A DNA stretch of 64,000 nt from Octopus vulgaris (GCA_951406725.2 OX597814.1:125116001-125180000), one strand, 5' to 3'; shown: positions 25,978 through 38,811, counted from the first letter of the stretch. Made by a program: numbers and translations. Notes: a model not told the origin generated them from the letters alone.

Positions 25978-26343
25978 ACATGTACACATACACATATGTA
26001 TATATATATCAACAAGGGAGGGTAAAGTTAATTAGTTATTAATCAATTTCATCAAGTGTTCAGTATGTAAAGGGACCATTATTATTTTGAGTAAACAATG
26101 TTAGAGGGAAAAAAATTCTCTAAGTAGTGGAAGAGGCTAAAAAACTTTATTGGCTGCTATTTCTAGAAAGTTTAGTATGTGGCAAAGTAATTTATTTTAT
26201 TTTCCTAAGCCCTAATTATATAATATTTTATACATACATACACATACATAAGCACATACATTTACACATACATATGCATATACATATATACACATATACA
26301 TACAAACACATATACACATATACACACACACACACATACAAGC

Positions 26344-26388
<45 letters not shown>

Positions 26389-26613
26389 AATATATATACA
26401 TATATATTTTTACATGCTTACATACACACACACACACATAATACATGCGTATATTCCTACTGTACCCATGCATTTCTATACATATATACATACATACATA
26501 CGATACACATATACAAGCGTGCACATATAATATGTGAAAGGTCTTAGGAGAAAAGGTAATCGGTGGTGCTAGGGGAACAGTGGGGTTGGGGGGGGGTTGT
26601 AGGGGGTGGTATT

Positions 26614-27252
26614 ATGTTGGGTGGGGAAGTGTTTCTCCTACAGAAACACTTCCCCACCCAACATAAGTACTACACTATCCTAAATAAGAACACTATTAGA
26701 CTCTCCTACTCTACCACGCCCAACCTAGCCAGGAACCTAGCCAACAACAATGTGAAAAAACTTAACATATCTACTTTCTCCGGGGCCCATCCAACGTCCG
26801 ATAGCAATTGCAACTGCCATGATAAAACCACCTGCCCCCTCAACAACAACTGCCTACAGAGGGACCTAGTATATAAATGCGAGGTAAGATCAGGCCTTGA
26901 CGATAAAAGTAAATCCTACATTGGAATGACGTCAAACAGCTTTAAGACCCGCTGGTATGCACATACACACTCGTTCCGGCGACAGGATAAATCCAACCAA
27001 ACTACCCTCGCCGCCCACATCTGGTACCTTAAAAGGAACTCAATCCCCTTCAAGACCAAGTGGAAACTACTACAGAAGGCGCGCTCGTACACAGGAGGAC
27101 ATACCTGCTGTGACCTATGCATATCAGAGAGCCTAGAGATCTTGTTCGCCAAAGGCCCTCTCCTTAACAAATTTTCAGAACACTCCCCAAATTGCATGCA
27201 TAAGAAGTATGCGAACTACAAGAACTATAGACCTACCCGGCAACCTGATTGA
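26614..27252 (+). CDS. Penelope-like GIY-YIG endonuclease domain with Cys-rich linker (212 aa from the first ATG; no RT)
   Basis: KHFP..NTIRLSYS..CNC(x5)CPL(x3)C..LVYKCEV..SYIGMT..FKTRW..H..SF..IWYLK..CDLCISE..LLN; the conserved Y, YIG, R, E and N residues are present and there are no stops. Confidence 0.85.
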   Translation: MLGGEVFLLQKHFPTQHKYYTILNKNTIRLSYSTTPNLARNLANNNVKKLNISTFSGAHPTSDSNCNCHDKTTCPLNNNCLQRDLVYKCEVRSGLDDKSKSYIGMTSNSFKTRWYAHTHSFRRQDKSNQTTLAAHIWYLKRNSIPFKTKWKLLQKARSYTGGHTCCDLCISESLEILFAKGPLLNKFSEHSPNCMHKKYANYKNYRPTRQPD

Positions 27253-27494
27253 TGACAACCCCCCCCTACAACCCCCCCCTACAACCCCCCCCCAACCCCA
27301 CTGTTCCCCTAGCACCACCGATTACCTTTTCTCCTAAGACCTTTCACATATTATATGTGCACGCTTGTATATGTGTATCGTATGTATGTATGTATATATG
27401 TATAGAAATGCATGGGTACAGTAGGAATATACGCATGTATTATGTGTGTGTGTGTGTATGTAAGCATGTAAAAAAATATATATGTATATATATT

Positions 27495-27543
<49 letters not shown>

Positions 27544-27912
27544 GCTTGTATGTGTGTGTGTGTGTATATGTGTATATGTGTTTGTATGTATATGTGTATA
27601 TATGTATATGCATATGTATGTGTAAATGTATGTGCTTATGTATGTGTATGTATGTATAAAATATTATATAATTAGGGCTTAGGAAAATAAAATAAATTAC
27701 TTTGCCACATACTAAACTTTCTAGAAATAGCAGCCAATAAAGTTTTTTAGCCTCTTCCACTACTTAGAGAATTTTTTTCCCTCTAACATTGTTTACTCAA
27801 AATAATAATGGTCCCTTTACATACTGAACACTTGATGAAATTGATTAATAACTAATTAACTTTACCCTCCCTTGTTGATATATATATACATATGTGTATG
27901 TGTACATGTATG

Positions 27913-27945
<33 letters not shown>

Positions 27946-28203
27946 ATGTGTGTATGTATGTATTTGTATATGTGTGTGTGTATACGTATGTGTGCGTGTG
28001 TGTGTGTATGTATGTGTATGTATACTTGTATATGTATATGCATGAATGTATATATATGTGTGTGTATATGTGTATTATGTATGTATTTATATAGATATGT
28101 AGTTTATATATATATATGTATGTATATGCATCTGTCTGTGTGTGTGTATGTGTATATATGTGTATCATTTTTGCGTATGTATACATGTATATGTGTATAT
28201 GTA

Positions 28204-28240
<37 letters not shown>

Positions 28241-28445
28241 GTGTATATATATGTATATATATATATATGCATACGTATGTGTATGTACATGTATATATGT
28301 ATGTGTGTATATGTATATATGTTTATATATGTGAGTATGTAGTGATATAAGTATATGCATGTGTATGTATGGGTATGTGTATCAGTGTATATGTATATAT
28401 GTATGTGTGTGTGTATGTATATGTATGTATATGTGTATATATGTA

Positions 28446-28480
<35 letters not shown>

Positions 28481-28531
28481 GTGTATATGTGTGTATGTAT
28501 GTGTATGTGTATGTATGTGTATATATATCTA

Positions 28532-28589
<58 letters not shown>

Positions 28590-29083
28590 TGCGTGTGTGT
28601 ATGTATGCATATATGTATGTATGCATGTATATGTGTATGTATATATATGTGTGTAAGTGTGTGCATATATGTATTTGTAAGTATGTGTGCGCGTATGAGT
28701 ATGTATGTATGCTTGCACACGTGTATATATATATGTGTGTGTGTGTATATATATGGATGCGCGTGCGTGTGTGCACGTGCATGGGTACGCATGTATATGT
28801 GTATGTGCGTGTATGCGTATACGTGTATGTATGTATGTGTGTGCGTAGATTTGTATATGTATGTGTGAGTGTGTATATATATATATATATATATATACAT
28901 ATATATAGATGGGTGTGTGTATGCGTATAAATGCATGTAAGTATGGATGTATGGATGTATGTATGTATGTATACGTATGTATGTGTGTATGTGTGTATGT
29001 ATGTATATATGTGTGTATATATGTTTGTGTATGTATATATATGTGTATGTATGTGTGTGTATATGTATGTGTGTATGTGTATG

Positions 29084-29137
<54 letters not shown>

Positions 29138-29588
29138 TATGTATCTGTATGTAGGAGTATATATGTGTGTGTGTGTATGTATATGCGGGTATATATATAT
29201 ATATGTATATTTATTGGTGTATATGTATAGACTAGCCTCCTAAAGTGTAGACACGAATCTGTAGGTACGAGTACGTATGTGTATATACGTGAACGTATGT
29301 AGATGTTTGTATGTATGAATATAACGCGTGCGTACGTGTATGTGTATGAGTGTACGAATGGGTGAATGTACGTGCTAATGAGTGTGCGTGCGGGAATGAG
29401 TACTTGCCTTCTAGTAGACAGACAAATGGACATGCAGCCATTGCCAGGATTCTTAGCCCTAGCGATCAAAGATAACAAAAGTAATAAATGAAGATAATAA
29501 AATTAAAATTAGGGAATGGGCCTGTATTGGATTGTATATATATATATGTATATGTATATTTGTATGTATGTATGTGTGTATGTGTAGG

Positions 29589-29635
<47 letters not shown>

Positions 29636-30026
29636 ATATATATGTGTATGTATGTATGTGTGTGTAGATACGTATACATGTGTGTATAGGTATAAGTGAG
29701 AATCTCCTTATTTACCTATAACTCTATCCCCCCTTTTTTTATATATATATTTTTTTATATATATATTTTATATATATATTTTTTTATATATATTTTTTAT
29801 ATTTTTTATTTTTTTATTTTTTTATTTTATTTTATTTTTTTATTTTTTATTTTTTTATTTTTTTTTAATTTTTTTATTTATCTATTCTTTCATCTAACTT
29901 ACCACTGACTCCTTGACCACTCCCCAAGTATGATATTTTGCGCTATGCCTACCCCCAAAAAGTCCCCCACCACCACTCCTTTAAACCTGCCTAAATGTAT
30001 AAATGCTAATACAATTCTTGTTAAAT

Positions 30027-30077
30027 AGCTTCCTGAAGATTTCTCTTGAATGAAACAGTACTAGTCCTGTAGAAGCT
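30027..30077 (+). ncRNA. Type I hammerhead ribozyme (right arm)
   Basis: agcttc-CTGAAGA-tttctcttgaat-GAAA-cag(tactagtc)ctg-TA-gaagct: perfect 6-bp stem I, 3-bp stem III, GUA cleavage triplet. Confidence 0.78.
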
Positions 30078-30088
30078 CCTTCTATATA

Positions 30089-30204
<116 letters not shown>

Positions 30205-30205
30205 C

Positions 30206-30266
<61 letters not shown>

Positions 30267-30279
30267 TATATATATTATC

Positions 30280-31965
30280 GTTTTCATGTGTGTTCTTGCT
30301 TCACTTATTCCATTCTGTTCTTCTACTGCTGTCCTATGACCCGAAAAAGAAATGCTACAGTTCTTGTATTCCTCTGTGTATGTGTGTTCGCCCACGGGGT
30401 TGCCATTGTGGTAGTTGGTGTTGTTATTATCATCATTGGCACCACCGCTGCCGCTGACCGTGTTAGTTGTATTATTGACATCGTTATGGCCGTCCATGAA
30501 GTTTCATGTGTGTTTCTGTTTGTATATGGATTCGCTCCGTATGTATCTATACCCTTTATATAGTTTTATTTATTTACTTTATCTATCCCTGTCTTACATT
30601 TATCACAGATATGTGGCAGATATATTTATATACTTATTTATTTATCTATTTATATATTTATTTACTTATTTATTTTATACATATATCTCTATTTCTCATA
30701 AATATCACAGGTAGGTGCATGTGTGTCTATTGTGTGTGTATTACCCTATATGTTTCTGTGAATTATTTACGGTTTTTCCCCTTTCCCCCTCTCTTCTCAT
30801 CCCTACTGTCTTTAGTCATGTGGTGTGGTGTGGTGGTGAGTATTACTGTTCCATTCATGTTGTTTTTTTTTATTGATGCTCGGTCTGTCTACTGTTATGT
30901 GTATAGCCTCTGTAATCTGTCTAAGTGTCGTGTTAGTTCTATGAGTCGATAGTAATTTAACCTCTATGCTATTAATCGAGCCTCTACGTTCTGGCTGCGC
31001 ATGTTGGTAGAGCACTGACGAGTTTTTTTCTTTCTCTGAAATGGGTCTTCCGCATTTTTTTACTGACGGCTTCTGTGTTGTTGTTGAGCGTATTCGGGCT
31101 TGTGTTAGGCGACTTTTCATAGATATGGGTTGTCTTTTGCCTTTTATGATGATATGTGTTTGGAGGATTAAGTTCATTCTGTGGTCCTTTTTTAACAGGG
31201 GAATGTTTTGGAGGATGGTGTCGAAGGCTTCATTGTTAAGAGTATTGTGTGTGGAGATATATGGTGGGGCTTTTGGTTGTAAATTTTTCTTTAATTTGGG
31301 ATGTCTGACTTCTTGGGTGTTGAGTTGAAGGGCACGTTGAAAGTATATGTCACTTAGTGAAAGTGGGTAGTTCCTAGTGATGAGTGTATCTTTTAGCTCA
31401 TGTAGTCGTGTGTCTCTGGTGTTTGCATTAGAAACTATAGTCCTTTTTGCTAGGTTGAAGGGGATATTCATTCTGGTGTGTCTGGGGTGGCATGAGTTGA
31501 ACGGTAGATATTGCTTGGAGTCCATGGGCTTATAGTATATATCTGTTTCCCTTACGTTGTTAGATTTCTTAATGAGAATGTCGTGGAAGGGAAGTTGTTG
31601 ATGGCTATATTCCATCGTGAATTGAATGTTTACGTCAAGTCCATTTATAAGTGCTTGGAATTCTTTAAGTCTCTCTATACTTTCATGCCAAAGAATGAAG
31701 CAGTCATCCAGGTATCTCTTCCAGTTATTTTCTATGTTGAGGGAGAATGGGCTGCCGTATTTTTCTAGAAGTTTACGAGGACTAATTTCTAGATATCCCA
31801 TGACTAGGTTAGCAAAGGAGGGGGGTCATTCTCGTATCCATCGCAGTCCCCGATTTTTGTCGATAGAAGTTGTCTTTCAAGACGAAGTAGTTATCTCCAA
31901 GATGAATTTTAGCCCTTCTATCACGAATTCATTTTTTGATGGGATGTGGGAGCTCGTTGGCGTAA
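30280..31965 (-). mobile_element. 5'-truncated Penelope-like element: RT C-half/thumb ORF 30812-31801 with mostly deleted GIY-YIG
   Basis: FANLVMGYLE..WKRYLDDCFILW..IQFTME..LPF.DI..TDIYYKP.DSKQYL.FNSCHP..; C-terminal RQITEAIHI..PSIN. Confidence 0.88.
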
Positions 31966-31966
31966 T

Positions 31967-32057
<91 letters not shown>

Positions 32058-32058
32058 G

Positions 32059-32107
<49 letters not shown>

Positions 32108-32515
32108 TCTTTTATTCTTTTATTTATTTCAAGCATTTGACTGTGGCCATGCTGGAGTAGCACTTTTAATCGAACAAATTGAGTTCAGTACTTATTTTTG
32201 TAAGCCTAGTACTTATTCTGTTGGTTACTTTTGCCAAACTGCTAAGTTACGGGGATGTAAACACACCAACATCGGTTATCAAGCAATGGAGAAGTGATGT
32301 ATATATTTGTGTGTATGTATACGTTTGTACCCCCTCCATTGCTTGACAACCGATGTTGATGTGTTTACATCATATATATATATATGTTGATCTTCTTTCA
32401 GTTTCCATTTACCAAAGGCTATAGCAGAAGATACTTACCCAAGGTGTTACGGAGTGGGATTGAACCCAGAACCAAGTGTTTGTGAAGCAACCTTCTTACC
32501 ATAGCCACACCTGCA
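32108..32515 (-). mobile_element. Diverged SINE family A
   Basis: catttgactgtggccatgctggag..gctaagttacgggga..gaacccagaacca. Confidence 0.75.
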
Positions 32516-32742
32516 CCTACATATAAATATATATATATATATATTAACGTGTATTATATACATTTTTATTGATGTGTATTTTTAATGTATATTTTAATAT
32601 AGAACTTTTTAGCACTATATTAATAATAAAGTCGTTTGAATGTGCAGAAATTTTTAGTACAACGTTAATAATAATATATTTAAATCTATATAATATCTTT
32701 CAGTATTAATTGAATTAACTTATGGAGGTTCTATCTTTTAAT

Positions 32743-32774
<32 letters not shown>

Positions 32775-33403
32775 ATTATATTAATATATACATATGAATA
32801 TATACATATATATACCTATATATATATATATATATATATACATATATATATACATATATATATATATAAATGCATATATATGTGCATGTATATATGTATG
32901 TATGTATGTATGTATGCATGCATGTATGTCTGCCTGTCTGTCTGTATGTATGTATGTATGTGTTTCAGCTCGACCATAATTAATCTATCACTGCAAATGT
33001 ATGCTTATAACAGGTTTGCTAGCAGGTGACTACTTAACTCTGATTCTGTTTTAAAATTTTTATGGCAAATGTAGAACGTGAATTTGTCAAGAATCACACC
33101 AACAGCACCTCCATCCTTGTCTATTTATCCAAAACAGATTTTCAAGTTGACAGTAAATGAGTTCACTGTTGGAGCAGCAGTATTCTGGTGAGGCTATTGC
33201 AGTGGTTGTCATTTAAGCAGCCATTGTTAGACAGCACTGACAAGATTTTCTTTGAATTCTCTGTCATGTATATAACTTCAAGTCATTATATTCATTGTTT
33301 GGTGGAAAAGTCTATTTTTGTCAAACTGCAGACTGTTCTTCATATTTATTGACCACCATTCTCTTCTTTTTGGTGCAAGATGTTTTGAAGTAAAAGGGAT
33401 GTA

Positions 33404-33753
33404 CAAAGGGAGTGCTGAAAAGTTCCTGCTTTTAAGGGTATCGCAAAACGCCTGGCTGGAGGTCCAAATTTCAGAGTACTTTTACAGGGCTTCGAAAAAC
33501 TGATGGACCACTACAATAAATATGTGAATCTAAGAGGGAAATATTCTTTTTTCCTTTTTTTTTATTCTTTTATTTGTTTCAGTCATTTGACTGCAGCCAT
33601 GCTGGAGCATCGCCTATAGTCGAGCAAATCGAACCCAGGACTTATTCTATCGGCCTCTCTTGCTGAATCACTAAGTGACAGGAACATAAACACACCAGCA
33701 TCTTTTGTCAAGCAATGTTGGGATGACAAATACAGATACACAAACATATACAT

Positions 33754-33827
<74 letters not shown>

Positions 33828-34071
33828 TTATATATACGATGGGATTCTTTCAGTTTCCATCTTCCAAATCCACTCACAAGGCTTTGGTCGGTCTGAGGTT
33901 ATAGTAGAAAACACATGCCCAAGGTGTCATGCAGTGGGACTGAACCCGGAACCATGTGGTTGGCAAGCAAGCTACTTTCCACACAGCCACTCCTGTTGAA
34001 TAAAATCATAATTAACTGATCCGGCAGTATTTTCTTTTACCAAAAGTCAGGATCTTTTCGACACCCTCTTG
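33404..34071 (+). mobile_element. Mariner-derived MITE (~220 bp) split by a SINE A insertion (33545-33994, minus)
   Basis: TIR-like gggagtgctgaaaagttcctg / caggatcttttcgacaccc; retains the transposase C-terminus GFEKLMDHYNKYVNLRGKY|VE*; homologous to 38592-38811. Confidence 0.75.
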
Positions 34072-34289
34072 AACAAGGACTTACAGTTGTTTATTTATCA
34101 TGTTACCACTTTTTTTTTATGATGGAACCTGATTTTTAGTTTGTGCTAAAGACATTTACTGAGAATTCTTCATAAAGCTTTGGAAGCATTAAATCATCAT
34201 ACTGGAAGATGGATGGCATTTCTTCCACCTACATAGTTTTCCTTTATAGAAATTAATATTTTTCATATTGAGATAGACAAAATGTATAC

Positions 34290-34880
34290 AAATGATTTTA
34301 TATGTCTCAATTACATTGGCCTATTTTTGGATCCTTTCTGCTCTTGTGAACACAGTTCTTCTTTCATCAGAAAGTTATACAATGCATCTTCTATGAGGCT
34401 TATTAGCAATTTCCAAAGCAATGGTAAGCATATAATACACCTATGATTATTACCCTCCTTCTCTTTTCTTTATCCTTCTGTGTTAGCACTGTCTTTCCTT
34501 TAGTCAGCTATGTTAGCATTCCCTATACAGTCAGTAAGAAATAGTTATATACAGCTGTGCATGTTTGTGAGATTTCTAAGCAAGAATACTCCTGAACACC
34601 AGTGAATGCAGAAGTTTCCAGTTTGTTATCTTTTTAAGCATCTTTTCCACTTTCTCATCTTTAATATTCTTATTCTCTTGCCTTGCATTATTCTCAATTT
34701 CACTTTTAAATTCCTGTAACCAGCCATCTCTATTGTTGCATTGAAACTCCTTGCTCCAAATATTAGGCCAAAAGTTTCTTACTGCTTCAGTATTTGCTAT
34801 GTCAGCCTCCTTATGCTCATTGTTCAGCTGTTCGTAGAATTTTGTCTCATTCTTTGTGAAGAGCCAGTACTTCCTTTACT
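34290..34880 (-). mobile_element. Degenerate R4/Dong-like RT N-terminal fragment
   Basis: KFYEQLN..RNFWPNIWS..GWLQE..KITNWK..TKGKTVLTQKD..HRCIICLPLLWKLL..EQKG. Confidence 0.75.
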
Positions 34881-35028
34881 GATTGATTAGTATCTAGTTT
34901 TTACCTGACTTTGCTTTAATATTTTTCTTTTATTGTTATTTTTTTATAATTTGTTATTTGAACTTTGTGGTGCCAGAGTAGATAGTTTACATTGACAGCA
35001 AGAAAACAACTGATTTAACAACATATTG

Positions 35029-35825
35029 GAAAGACTGCGCTGGTATGGTCATGGGGTGAGAATAGATGAGGATAGCTGTGTGAAAAAATGCCACACCCTA
35101 GCAGTTGAGGGAACCTGTGGAAGAGGTAGAACCAGGAAGACCTGGGATGAGGTGGTGAAGCACGACCTTTGAACCTTAGGCCTCACTGAGGCAATGACTA
35201 GTGACTGAGACCTTTGTAAATACGCTGTGCTTGAGAAGACCTGGCAATCTAAGTGATACCATAACCCATGGCCTATGCCAGGGGTGTAACCAGCCTATTT
35301 ATGCATACCTTTCCTTCATTGGACACTAAACTCTGCTTGCGAAGACCTGCTGAGATAAGTGAAATCGAAATCAAAATCAAATTCAATGACTGGCATCTGT
35401 ACTAGTGGAGTGCTAAGAGCACCATCCAAGCATAATCATTACCAGAGCAGCTGACTGGCTTCCATTCTGGTGGCACATAAAAAGCACCATTCGAGCATGA
35501 TCATTACCAGTGTTGCCTTACTGGCAAGTGAAAAAATATTCGAGTGAGGTCATTGCCAGTGCTGCTTGACTGGCTCCTGTGCAGGTGGCACATAAAAAAC
35601 ATCATTTGAGTGTGGCTATTGCCAGTACCACCTGACTGACCCTCGTGCCGGTGGCACCTAAAAGCACCCACTACACTCACGGAGTGGTTGGTGTTAGGAA
35701 GGGTATCCAACTGTAGAAACTCTGCCAGATCAGAGTGGAGCCTGGTGAAGCCATCTGGTTCGCCAGTCCTCAGTCAAATTGTCCAACCCATGCCAGCATC
35801 GAAAGCGGATGTTAAACGATGAAGA
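35029..35825 (+). mobile_element. RTE-clade LINE 3' end with tandemly repeated 3' UTR
   Basis: RLRWYGHGVRIDEDSCVKKC..VEGTCGRGRTRKTWDEVV; UTR repeats ctgactggc..gtggcacataaaa; ends gttaaacgat. Confidence 0.88.
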
Positions 35826-35999
35826 AATAATGAAAGAAAATAATGAAAGAAAAAACATTTAAAAGTCGAAAAAGTCAAATTGTAGAGAAAAAGCCCATAA
35901 TTACCTCACCAAGGAAACAGAAAAACAGAGGGATTAAGTAGCAGAAGATGGGAGTGAGGGAGAAACTGATTATACACCCCAGAATAAATGGTGTGTTTA

Positions 36000-36470
36000 G
36001 CCATGCCTCGTAGACATGACCGCAAAGGTGTTGCCGCAGAGAATGGCTGGTGACACATGCTGCTACAGCTATCCTACCTCACAGGGCTCATTTCTCAGAC
36101 AGGCCACATTTATTCTGATTTTGCAGAAGAAATCAGCAGCATGGGATCCAAGAACGGCTGAGGCCACAAATGGTGACTGCGCATATTGATAGCAGTTTTT
36201 TCTCCTATGCATTATGGATGGCGATATCCAAGTTTGTGGTTGATACAGCAATGTTGGAACCGGAGAATGTGTCACAGCTCATTGAAACCCAGATTAGGGA
36301 TCTGGCTCCCTCGTATGGGAAGAGGTATGGCACCCATCCCCACAGCAAATACTTACTGGCTTCAGGTGTGATGGGAAGCCAGCTGTATCGAGGTCCAATG
36401 TAATTATGTCATTCAGAGCAGTGTGTCGAGAGACCCAGCCCATGCTATGGTTGCAGAATGCTCTTTCTAT
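36000..36470 (-). mobile_element. Degenerate CRE-like non-LTR retrotransposon endonuclease region
   Basis: SRHTALNDII..TAGFPSHLKP..GDG..PY.G.SLIW..CDT..QHVSPAILCGN matches the CRE-type RLE C-terminus. Confidence 0.6.
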
Positions 36471-36499
36471 TTTTAATTGAGCACGCTTCAAAATCTCTT

Positions 36500-37620
36500 A
36501 TACCTCATTGCGATATTTCTGTCTTAAGGAATAGCTGGTTATGAAGCATTCTCTCTTTCTTTTCAATTATTTGTAATTATATCTGGCATCAGTGAGAATT
36601 GTTCTATCCTGATGTCAAAACCTTGAGGATTTACTAAATTCATTAGTTTTCTCCTCCATGATTATTTCACATATCTGATGTGTTATATCTCTGTCACAAC
36701 AAATAAATCATTACCATTAATATCTTTGATGGTGAGAGGTTTGACAAAAATACTAATGTCACAATACATAAATATCTTATACTTTATAGCTATCTCCTCT
36801 TGTTTTTTCACTCTAAATAAAGTATCTGCCATGGTCAAGCATGTTTTTCATCACTCTGGATCAATAAAATAAGTACAAAGCTTAATTTTATCCATTTAGC
36901 TTCTTACCTAGATATGATACCTGTGGAGGTATCTTCTTGCCCAGATATGATGCCTGGTCAAAAAAAAAACCTAATTGTTATGGATCTAAATAACATTAAT
37001 GTTGAATACAGTATAATATATCTTTATATCCCACTTAATGTGGATGTTTTGTTAGAACACCAAATACAGCAGTATTCACCTTGGGAAGTCTTCTTATATA
37101 GGCATAGGGTGCATAAAAGCATGGACATATATCATAGTAGATAAGAATCCTTCTGTTATGGGAGCCAGAACTGCCAGATCATGTGATTTCAGTCTGCTGA
37201 ATTTCCTCAGTGGCAAGCATCTGGTGACCATATACCAACCAAATGTCACTGCCATAATATATAGGATTCCAGTGTCTTTTCAATCACTGACATTGCAAAT
37301 AACCAGCAGGCTTATTTTAAAAAACAATCATTAGTGATAGAATCAGTATTATTATCAAAAGGCAGTCCTCTGTAGTATTAGCCTTGAGTGCCCCTCTCAT
37401 ATAAATGCAGTTGTTGGAATGTAATATGTCATTTTGAGAGCATACTATTAGCTATAATTAGGTTTTTCATGGTTGCAGCAATATTAAGGTGTGGCCTATT
37501 AAATGCCTTATGTTCAGGTCTTTTTGGCAAAGACTACAAATCTGCTTGCTGTAGTTTACTAGATTGATGCACCTAAGCAAGAACTTTCTCTTTTTGTTTA
37601 ACATAACAAAAGAATGGGTC
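36500..37620 (-). mobile_element. Possible very old hAT transposase relic
   Basis: Fragmentary motifs, e.g. GVL..YCIQH (CxxH-like); many stops. Confidence 0.3.
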
Positions 37621-38591
37621 AATGAGAAAGAGAGAAATACTGACTCTGCTTTTCCTCCACCTACAAGGAATACCAGTCAGTTTTCTCTCAAACTGCGTGC
37701 TGTTATCTTGAAACACATAAAGGCAGTGATCTAGTAGGAATCCTCAAAGAGTTGGACAAAGTGCTCATCAACATTTCTTCTAGCACTTTACATTTGAAGC
37801 TCAAATTCCATCCTCTCAGGCCTTGATAAGATAAAGTAACAGTTGAACAATGGTGTCAATGTAATCGTCTAATACCTACCCTCAAAACTGCTGGCTTGGT
37901 GCCAAAATTAGAAAGGATTAGAAACCATTATCTTGGAACACATTGTATACTGGGTGATTACAAATTACAAGTGTCTATTAAGGAATACAGCATCATCATC
38001 ATTACCATCATCATAGCCAAATGCAACACTTCATCCCTTTTCCAACTTCTTCATCATCATCATCATCATCATTCAATGTCAATGTTTCATCTCGGCATGA
38101 ATAGTTTGCCAGGATCTGATGTCTCCAATGACTGCATCAGACTTCTATGTCTGCTTTGGCATTGTATTTTATGACTGGATGCCCTTCCTAATGCCAACCA
38201 CTTTACAGAGTGTACTAAGTGCTATTTTCATGCCACCTGCACTATTGAGATTGCCATGCAGTTTTCAGGACTATGACCCCTCAGAGAGGTGGGATGGAGG
38301 TCAGTTTCTTGCTAAGGGATGAGAAGATTACTATGAGAGAGTCAGACAGAGCAGGTTCTGGCAGAAAGATCTGCTTGTGGTGGGGTGGGAGGAAAAGAGA
38401 AAATGGTCAGTAGGAGCTGCAAGACGTAAATAATGGCAATAAGGTGTCCAGGTGACCCCTTATGGCACAAAGCTGAATTGAAGTGTGTGGTTGGTGGCTG
38501 CAAGATTATATGGGATGGTGATTAAGGGGTGGAAAGACAGACTACCAAAATGGGTAGGGCTGAAAGGTGAATGAGACAAAAGTCATTATTA

Positions 38592-38811
38592 CGGTAGGGG
38601 GCAGCTGAAAATTTCCTGGCTTGGGATAAAAGAAAATACAGGAGGATCAGTTAATTATGATTTTACTCAACATATTCCCCTCTCAAATTCACACACATAA
38701 TGCAGCAGTCCTTCAGTTTTTCTAAGCCTTGTAAAAGAACTCGGAAGTTTGGGCCTCCAACCAGGCCTTTCATGACACCCTTAAATCAGGAACTTTTTCA
38801 GCACCCCCTCA
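38592..38811 (-). mobile_element. Mariner-derived MITE, uninterrupted copy
   Basis: TA-flanked; TIR-like agggggcagctgaaaatttcctg / caggaactttttcagcaccccctc. Confidence 0.75.

Noticed and set aside
26563-26613. N-terminal extension MVLGEQWGWGG.. of the GIY-YIG ORF
   Set aside because: Starts at GTG and is just the G-rich end of the inverted arm read through; the first ATG is 26614.
24447-29478. Long ORFs (305 aa, 437 aa, etc.) rich in Y/I/H/T or V/C/M
   Set aside because: Translations of (TA)/(CA)/(TACA) microsatellites, which lack stops by composition; not genes.
35440-35670. Regularly spaced ~60-70-bp repeats resembling a CRISPR array
   Set aside because: Degenerate tandem repeats of an RTE LINE 3' UTR (also at 43905-44090 and 47060-47210); no unique spacers, no cas genes, eukaryotic context.
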